Assembly: GCA_015711825.1 (NCBI GenBank)
Contig: JACVJD010000003.1
Location: forward strand, 1-59,596
Source of the DNA: Candidatus Solincola daggyaiensis
GTDB lineage: Bacteria > Actinomycetota > Geothermincolia > Geothermincolales > RBG-13-55-18
Direction of reading: 5' to 3'
Length of the DNA stretch: 59,596 nt
In this document: positions 54,324-59,596 of the stretch, in pieces
How the letters are laid out: each line of letters starts with the position of its first letter
Numbering within the stretch: position 1 is the stretch's first letter
Notes under the pieces: generated by a model
The model's database searches: none
The model's input: the letters and a program-made list of their open reading frames with translations, nothing else
What the model was told of the DNA's origin: nothing
Translations under genes and position numbers: made by a program

Positions 54324-55448
54324 CTAGCCGCTTCTCGGGGTCACCTTGACGGTGAGCCTCTCGTCCCCGCCCAGGTCCCATTCCACCCTGCTCTCGCCCC
54401 CGAAGGCCAGCTCAAAGAGGGCCTGGGCGAACCCCACCACCATGAGGTGCAGGGTTGAGTCCTCCAGCTCCATGTGCAAACCCGCGGGGCCCATGGCGAA
54501 TCTTCGCAGGTTCCCGAGGCCGCGGAACGCGAACTGGGTGCGGAAGTCCGCCTCGCTCATTAAGCCGTCGATGGAGTAGAAGCCTCCCTTGATGAAGCGA
54601 CGCTGAGCGTCCACCACCTCGCGGGCTATGCCCTCCCCCAGCTCCTCCTCCAGGGCGGAGAACACCTCACGCAGGCCCGCCTCGCCGTTCATGGCCACCC
54701 TGCGGTCGGTGTACACGCTACTCACGAAGCCGCGCTCGAGCATCCAGATGAAGCGGCTCAAGACCTCCGGGGCGCCGCAGACCTCGCACCTCTTGAGTTG
54801 CACGTCCCCCGGCCTGTAGCGGTATTCTTTGCGCTGGTAATCCCTTCCAGATTCCACCTCATGCCTGGAGGGGAAAAAGCGTGCCATGCAACGTTCCCTC
54901 GAGACATCGAGGTACTCAAACCACCATTCTCCCCCGATGATGGCCTCGATGCCTCCGAGGAGGTTCCCGATCCAAAGGGGTATGGAGAAAGGTTCCCTGA
55001 TCTCCACCACGGCGTAATCTTCCTCGTCCCCTTGGTAGCGCCTTTCCACCATCCTGCCGAGTCCCATGCCCATCAGCCTCGCGGTATCGAACTGGGCCGC
55101 GACCACGGCATCCAGAAGAGAGGGATTGTTCCGCAGCATTTCCGTGAAACCGTCGGGCAGGTATTTCTGCACGAAATCCTTGGCGCTCTTACGCCTGCTC
55201 TCGATAACCAGCGGCTCCAAGGGAATTCCCACCGCCTCGCCCACCATGGTAAAAAGGGAATCCAGGTTCTCGCACTCTATGAGCACCAGGCGGTGCCCTT
55301 CGTCCTTTCGCTGTACGATGACGCCGCTGTCCAGCCACAGGATTTCATTGACCACGAATGAAGGGACGCCACATGCCGCGCACAGCTCTCCGTTCGTCAA
55401 TCCAAACGCCCCCGTGTTCTCGCAGTCTAGAGACTCGCTTCCAGCCAT
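54324..55448 (-). CDS. Hypothetical protein, internally duplicated (CxxC + V4R-like module, twice); paralogue of 55661-56743
   Basis: 374 aa. Halves start at CAACGVPSF... and CEVCGAPEV..., and each ends in a G-rich block (GNLLGGIEAIIG; VVGFAQALFELAFG). Confidence 0.6.
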   Translation of the reverse strand: MAGSESLDCENTGAFGLTNGELCAACGVPSFVVNEILWLDSGVIVQRKDEGHRLVLIECENLDSLFTMVGEAVGIPLEPLVIESRRKSAKDFVQKYLPDGFTEMLRNNPSLLDAVVAAQFDTARLMGMGLGRMVERRYQGDEEDYAVVEIREPFSIPLWIGNLLGGIEAIIGGEWWFEYLDVSRERCMARFFPSRHEVESGRDYQRKEYRYRPGDVQLKRCEVCGAPEVLSRFIWMLERGFVSSVYTDRRVAMNGEAGLREVFSALEEELGEGIAREVVDAQRRFIKGGFYSIDGLMSEADFRTQFAFRGLGNLRRFAMGPAGLHMELEDSTLHLMVVGFAQALFELAFGGESRVEWDLGGDERLTVKVTPRSG

Positions 55449-55660
55449 GATAATCTTAACAGATTCTTCTTCGAATAACAGGCACGGGAGAAATGGGGGA
55501 TTATGCGTTGCATAGGTAAATTATGGCACTAGAGGCATGGGTGAAAGAACCGGCATCAAGCGCGGGGCGGGCTATCCTCGCTTCGCAGCGGAAAAACACC
55601 CGACACAACAAGCGCTCACAGGATCGTTTTTCCCTTAGGCGGGCCGCGCGCTGAGCCCCC

Positions 55661-56743
55661 TCAACCCGGCCTGGGAGAAACACGTATCTCGAGGTCGCCG
55701 TCGTCGTGCAGTTCCCACTCCACGTCGCTTTCCATCCCGAAGGCCTTTTCGTACAAGCCCTGGGTCAGGCCCACACCCAGCAGGTGCAGGGTGCTGTTCT
55801 CGAGGAGCAGGCTTACCCCGCGGCGCCCCATCTTCAGCTCCCTCAGGTTGCCCAACCCCCGCAGGGCGAGCTGCATGCGCATGTTCTCCTCGCTGGCCAC
55901 CTCCTCCACGGCGAAGAAACCTGATTTCACGAAGCGTTTCTGCGCCTCCACCACCACGCGGGGTATCTCCCCTCCCAGCTCCCCCTCCAACTCGTCGAAG
56001 ATGGGGTCGATCATGGAGGGGCCGGTCATGACCATCCTGCGGCCGGTGATGGTGCTCCTGATGGTGCCGTTGACCTGATCCCATTTATAGGAAGCAAGGG
56101 CGGACGGCGCGCCGCAACCGGGACATCGCTCCAGGGCTATGCCGCCCGGCTTGAGAGGCCTTTCATAGTCCCTCCAGCGCAGCCGTTGCCTGAGCTCGGG
56201 CGGGTTCTCGGCCTCGAATATCTTTATGCTGTAAACCCCCGGAGCGCTCGCCTCGAACTCTATACCGGGCTCCTTGCCGATTATGGCCTCGATGGAACCG
56301 GCGAAATTTCCCACCGCCAGCGGCACCGAGTACGGCCTTTCCGCCTGCACGCGGATGTAATCGTCCTTCTCGCCTCGGTAGCTCACCTCCTCCAGGGAGA
56401 GCTTTCCATACCCCATGGCGCGCCAGATGATAAAGGTGGAGTCGAAGACCAGGCCCAAATCCATGTCGCCGCAGCGTATCGACTCCTTCACGTCGTCGGG
56501 CACCACTTTCTCCATGTACTTTTTGGTCGATCTTCGCGCCGCGTCTATGACCATGCGCTCTACAGGCACCCCGATGAGCTCGCCGATGCCCAGGAAAAGG
56601 GGGTCGAGGTTGCCGCACTCGAAGAAGACCAATCGCTGGGTGGATTCCCGAGCCGGCTGGATGACCCCGTTGTCCAGCCACCTATGCTGGCCGGTGATAT
56701 AAAGCGGCACGCCGCATTGGGGACATACGTTGACGTTCGCCAT
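55661..56743 (-). CDS. Hypothetical protein, internally duplicated (CxxC + V4R-like module, twice); paralogue of 54324-55448
   Basis: 360 aa from ATG 56743. CPQCGVPLYITGQHRWLDNGVI... and CPGCGAPSALASYKWDQVNGTI... It is collinear with the neighbouring gene along its whole length. Confidence 0.6.
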   Translation of the reverse strand: MANVNVCPQCGVPLYITGQHRWLDNGVIQPARESTQRLVFFECGNLDPLFLGIGELIGVPVERMVIDAARRSTKKYMEKVVPDDVKESIRCGDMDLGLVFDSTFIIWRAMGYGKLSLEEVSYRGEKDDYIRVQAERPYSVPLAVGNFAGSIEAIIGKEPGIEFEASAPGVYSIKIFEAENPPELRQRLRWRDYERPLKPGGIALERCPGCGAPSALASYKWDQVNGTIRSTITGRRMVMTGPSMIDPIFDELEGELGGEIPRVVVEAQKRFVKSGFFAVEEVASEENMRMQLALRGLGNLRELKMGRRGVSLLLENSTLHLLGVGLTQGLYEKAFGMESDVEWELHDDGDLEIRVSPRPG

Positions 56744-57453
56744 ATAACGCTCCTCCTGCCTTGCACTAGAAAATCTCGTCTTGCGGGACCTGCGGCTTGA
56801 AACGCCCAGGTACCGGCGCCCCGGCACCGCATTCATAATCATTCATAATACAAGCGTTCATCACATCCCCACTTCCTCCAAAAGGGGGAGGTTTTTCCTC
56901 CACCCATACCCGCATTTGCCGGCTTAAAGCTTTGCTCAAGCCCTTCCGGCGTCCATAAAAGCCGCGTGGAGGACGGCGCGAGACGTCCGAACAGCCGCGA
57001 AAAACCTCCTTAGTTTGCGGGTAATCACTTGCCGGCGGGAGCGATCGGAAATGCCCCTCATAAAGACATATTTTTATTATACCATGCGGTAACATAGCAA
57101 TGATCATCTCCCCCTGGGCCGAGGTTTTCTCCAGGATCGTCAAATGGCGCCAGGGGCCGGGCGAAACATACGCGTACTCCTACGCGGGCCACAGACACCG
57201 CGGGCGTGAAGAGATTATGGGCACAAACGAGAGCCGGTTACCGACGAAAACGCTTTGACCGAGGGCGCAGAGAAAGTGCCCTGTCATCAGGCTCTCCGGC
57301 AACCGCGATCCAGCGTACGCTGTTCAGGGCAGCGCCCGCTACCCCAGGCGCTTGGTCACCGATGCTTAACCTTCTCTTTTCCTCTGCGTCACCGAGAATT
57401 AAGCATGCTCCGCTAACATCTACACCGGACACAAGCTAGGAAAAGGAGGCAAC

Positions 57454-58242
57454 GTGGGACTTGCTTCGCATAACCTCGCTTCAAGACGCGCGATCTTCTT
57501 CTACGGCTTCGCTTTACCGTTCCTTCTCTATAACGGCATGGCCACCGTCATCCTCGCCTTTGTGTTCAGGTTAAGCGGCGCCCTGCTGCTGCATGCTATC
57601 CTGCTGTGCGTGCTTGCCGGCCTTGCCCTATCGGCTCCGGGGTCCCTCCTGGCGATGCGCCGCTTCGCGAAGCTCGAATCCTCGCTGACCAAGCTCCTCG
57701 CGAATGGAGAAGGCGGCTTTGACGACGGATCCGACCCGGCACCATGCGGGCCTCCATCAGGGAAACCGGTCCTGCGAGATCGACAAGCTCTCTTTACCGC
57801 GAACCGTCTAGAGGGTTACCCGCTTTTCGTCGCATCCATATGCTTCGGAATCTTCAGCCTCGTGACCGTGATCATGGCATCGACATGGCTGCTGGGGGGA
57901 GATCTCCTGCCGGCAGTAGTCGCCAACTACCTTATCGTGGGCTTAAGCCTCGCTCTCGCCTCTTCTTTTCCCGTATTCTTCTCCCTGCATGATATCCTCA
58001 TGCCCATGCGCGCGTCCTGCTTCGCATGCTTTGGGAGCTTCGAGGGCGTACGGGGCGTCACCATGAAAGCCCGCGTTCTCGCCATGTCCTTGCTTCTCAC
58101 CCTGGTTTTCGTGGCCATAGCTTTTACCACGGCGGAGGTCTATACCATTCAACGGGTTCGTGACCGCCCATGGCCGGAAGATCGATCCCTATGGTCGCAT
58201 GGGGGAAGGAGCGCCCGTAAAGCCTTCACCCCGAACCCGTAA
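57454..58242 (+). CDS. Hypothetical polytopic membrane protein
   Basis: 262 aa with GTG start after AAGGAGG. About 6 hydrophobic helices and no recognised motifs. Confidence 0.55.
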   Translation: MGLASHNLASRRAIFFYGFALPFLLYNGMATVILAFVFRLSGALLLHAILLCVLAGLALSAPGSLLAMRRFAKLESSLTKLLANGEGGFDDGSDPAPCGPPSGKPVLRDRQALFTANRLEGYPLFVASICFGIFSLVTVIMASTWLLGGDLLPAVVANYLIVGLSLALASSFPVFFSLHDILMPMRASCFACFGSFEGVRGVTMKARVLAMSLLLTLVFVAIAFTTAEVYTIQRVRDRPWPEDRSLWSHGGRSARKAFTPNP

Positions 58243-58364
58243 AAGATCGGCGGGGATGAGCTGGATGGTTCCTTGCGCAAGGAACGAGGGCTCGGCATCG
58301 ACCCTTTCTTCAACGCCGACAACATTAACGGCACAGATATGCCGGAATCCCCCAGCCCCTGTCC

Positions 58365-59030
58365 TTACGGCTCTTCCCCCGCCTTCATGGGGCTGATGGT
58401 GCCCTCCACCAGGAAACGCACGTGCTCCCCTATATCGACCGCGTGGTCGGCGATACGCTCGAAGAACCTCGCTATCATGACCACGCGAACCGCGACCTCC
58501 AGTTCCTCCTCGCGGCCTCGATCGAACTCCTTGAAGAACTTGCGATGCAGCTTATCCACGGCGTCATCCATGGCATCCAGCTCCATGGCTATCTCCACGC
58601 TGCGTTCCTTGAAACACTCCATGGAGCGCTCCACCAGGCGCAGGGCGCGGCGCGCCATCTCGTCGATGGCCTCCCGCATCCAGTGGCTCACGTAATCGGA
58701 GGGGATATGCTTTACCGCCTGGGCGATATCCTCGCAGAGATCGGCCATGCGCTCGAAATGCTGGGCCATGCGCATGATGACGATGATCATTCGCAAGTCA
58801 ACCGCGACCGGTGCCTGCAATGCGATCATCTCCATACCGCCTTCTTCGATGCGGTCGATGTACCGGTCGAAGATGTCGTCGCCGGAGATTATCTCATCCG
58901 CCAGCTCGCGATCGAGGTCCACGAAGCATATCCTGGTCTTCTCGATGGTGCTCAGCAGATCGCTTCCCATGCGGAGGGTTTCGGCGAACAGAGCGCCCAA
59001 TTGTTCGTGAAAGTCTTTTCTGGTCTGCAT
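58365..59030 (-). CDS. phoU: Phosphate signalling/transport regulator PhoU
   Basis: 221 aa from ATG 59030. Two PhoU repeats with FERMADLCEDIA and FERIADHAVDIGEHV. Confidence 0.85.
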   Translation of the reverse strand: MQTRKDFHEQLGALFAETLRMGSDLLSTIEKTRICFVDLDRELADEIISGDDIFDRYIDRIEEGGMEMIALQAPVAVDLRMIIVIMRMAQHFERMADLCEDIAQAVKHIPSDYVSHWMREAIDEMARRALRLVERSMECFKERSVEIAMELDAMDDAVDKLHRKFFKEFDRGREEELEVAVRVVMIARFFERIADHAVDIGEHVRFLVEGTISPMKAGEEP

Positions 59031-59335
59031 GAAACCGGCCTCCGTTCCTCCGGGCGGCGGCGCATCCATGCGCCTAGGCAACTCACCACAGTAAATGGTC
59101 ACGACATCGAGCGCCACGCACGCGAATCCCCGCTTTTCCCAAGCGGTTCTTGCGGCTACGGTTCCGCGTGCGAATACGGCTTATGGCCAACTATAGACCG
59201 CGCGGGTCCACTTATCAATAACGAGAAACCGGAACGCCGGACGCGTGACCAGAGCGACGGGGTGACCATCCGTTCAAGCCCGGGCACCGATGCGCGGAGG
59301 GGCGAGCTGGATAACGGAGCGGCCGAGTTCAAGCA

Positions 59336-59596
59336 TCAGGTGTGCAGCGGGGATATGGTGCCCTGCACGACGAAGCGCACGTGCTCCCCGATATCGACGG
59401 CATGGTCCGCTATGCGTTCTAAGAACCTCGCTATCATCACGATGCGGATCGCCACCTCGACGTCTTCTTCCCTTCCACGGTCGTATTCGGTAAAAAAACT
59501 GCGGTTGAGCTTATCCACGGCGTCATCCATACTGTCCAGTTCCAGCGCCATCTCCACGTTACGCTCCTTGAAGCACTCTATGGAGCGCTCCACCAG
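59336..59596 (-). CDS. phoU: Second PhoU paralogue, C-terminal part only (truncated by the window edge)
   Basis: VERSIECFKERNVEMALELDSMDDAVDKL...LERIADHAVDIGEHVRF is collinear with the C-terminal repeat of 58365-59030. Confidence 0.8.
   Translation of the reverse strand: MVERSIECFKERNVEMALELDSMDDAVDKLNRSFFTEYDRGREEDVEVAIRIVMIARFLERIADHAVDIGEHVRFVVQGTISPLHT

Overview
GC-rich, densely coding bacterial chromosomal segment of 59.6 kb. There are about 50 genes, one tRNA and no rRNA. Long shadow ORFs on the non-coding strand, typical of high GC, were ignored. All calls come from reading the translated ORFs and the DNA by eye; no searches were run.

Gene content, left to right:
- A MarR-regulated acyl-CoA cluster: Zn-alcohol dehydrogenase, acyl-CoA ligase, two 2-hydroxyacyl-CoA-dehydratase-family subunits, enoyl-CoA hydratase and a VOC protein.
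- A small, lower-GC type II restriction-modification cassette: an MT-A70/DPPW methyltransferase plus a BglII-like endonuclease.
- A long minus-strand [NiFe]-hydrogenase operon. It has a Tat-exported small subunit, the large subunit, a small membrane protein and RnfC-like and RnfD-like proteins (no other Rnf subunits). It then has an endopeptidase fused to HypF, followed by HypC, HypD and HypE.
- A transposase remnant, a thiolase/DUF35 pair, a CoA-disulfide-reductase-like flavoprotein, a SAM methyltransferase and a glycerol-3-phosphate dehydrogenase.
- A GAF histidine kinase plus a single-domain response regulator, thiM, a corrinoid protein plus URO-D-like methyltransferase pair, mnmA, an MMPL/RND transporter and a DMT-like membrane protein.
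- A seven-gene minus-strand cluster (39676-46463) downstream of tRNA-Thr. It combines two small amphi-Trp-like proteins with acidic C-termini, a CofD/YvcK-like protein and an HprK-related P-loop kinase. It also has a RimK-like ATP-grasp enzyme, a PhoU::APH-like kinase fusion and a split PHP-like protein.
- A Firmicute-like housekeeping block, gltX-cysE-cysS-rlmB-yacP. A three-repeat orphan CRISPR-like mini-array sits between gltX and cysE.
- Two tandem paralogues of an internally duplicated CxxC/V4R-like protein, a membrane protein and two phoU paralogues.

The 39676-46463 cluster is my top candidate for an uncharacterised system. It matches the 'GAK system' gene neighbourhood as I remember it, which has no known function.

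Other recurring oddities:
- A 32-nt palindromic repeat family is present at three loci.
- Three genes (adh, hypE, SAM-methyltransferase) carry an upstream duplicated copy of their own translation-initiation region.
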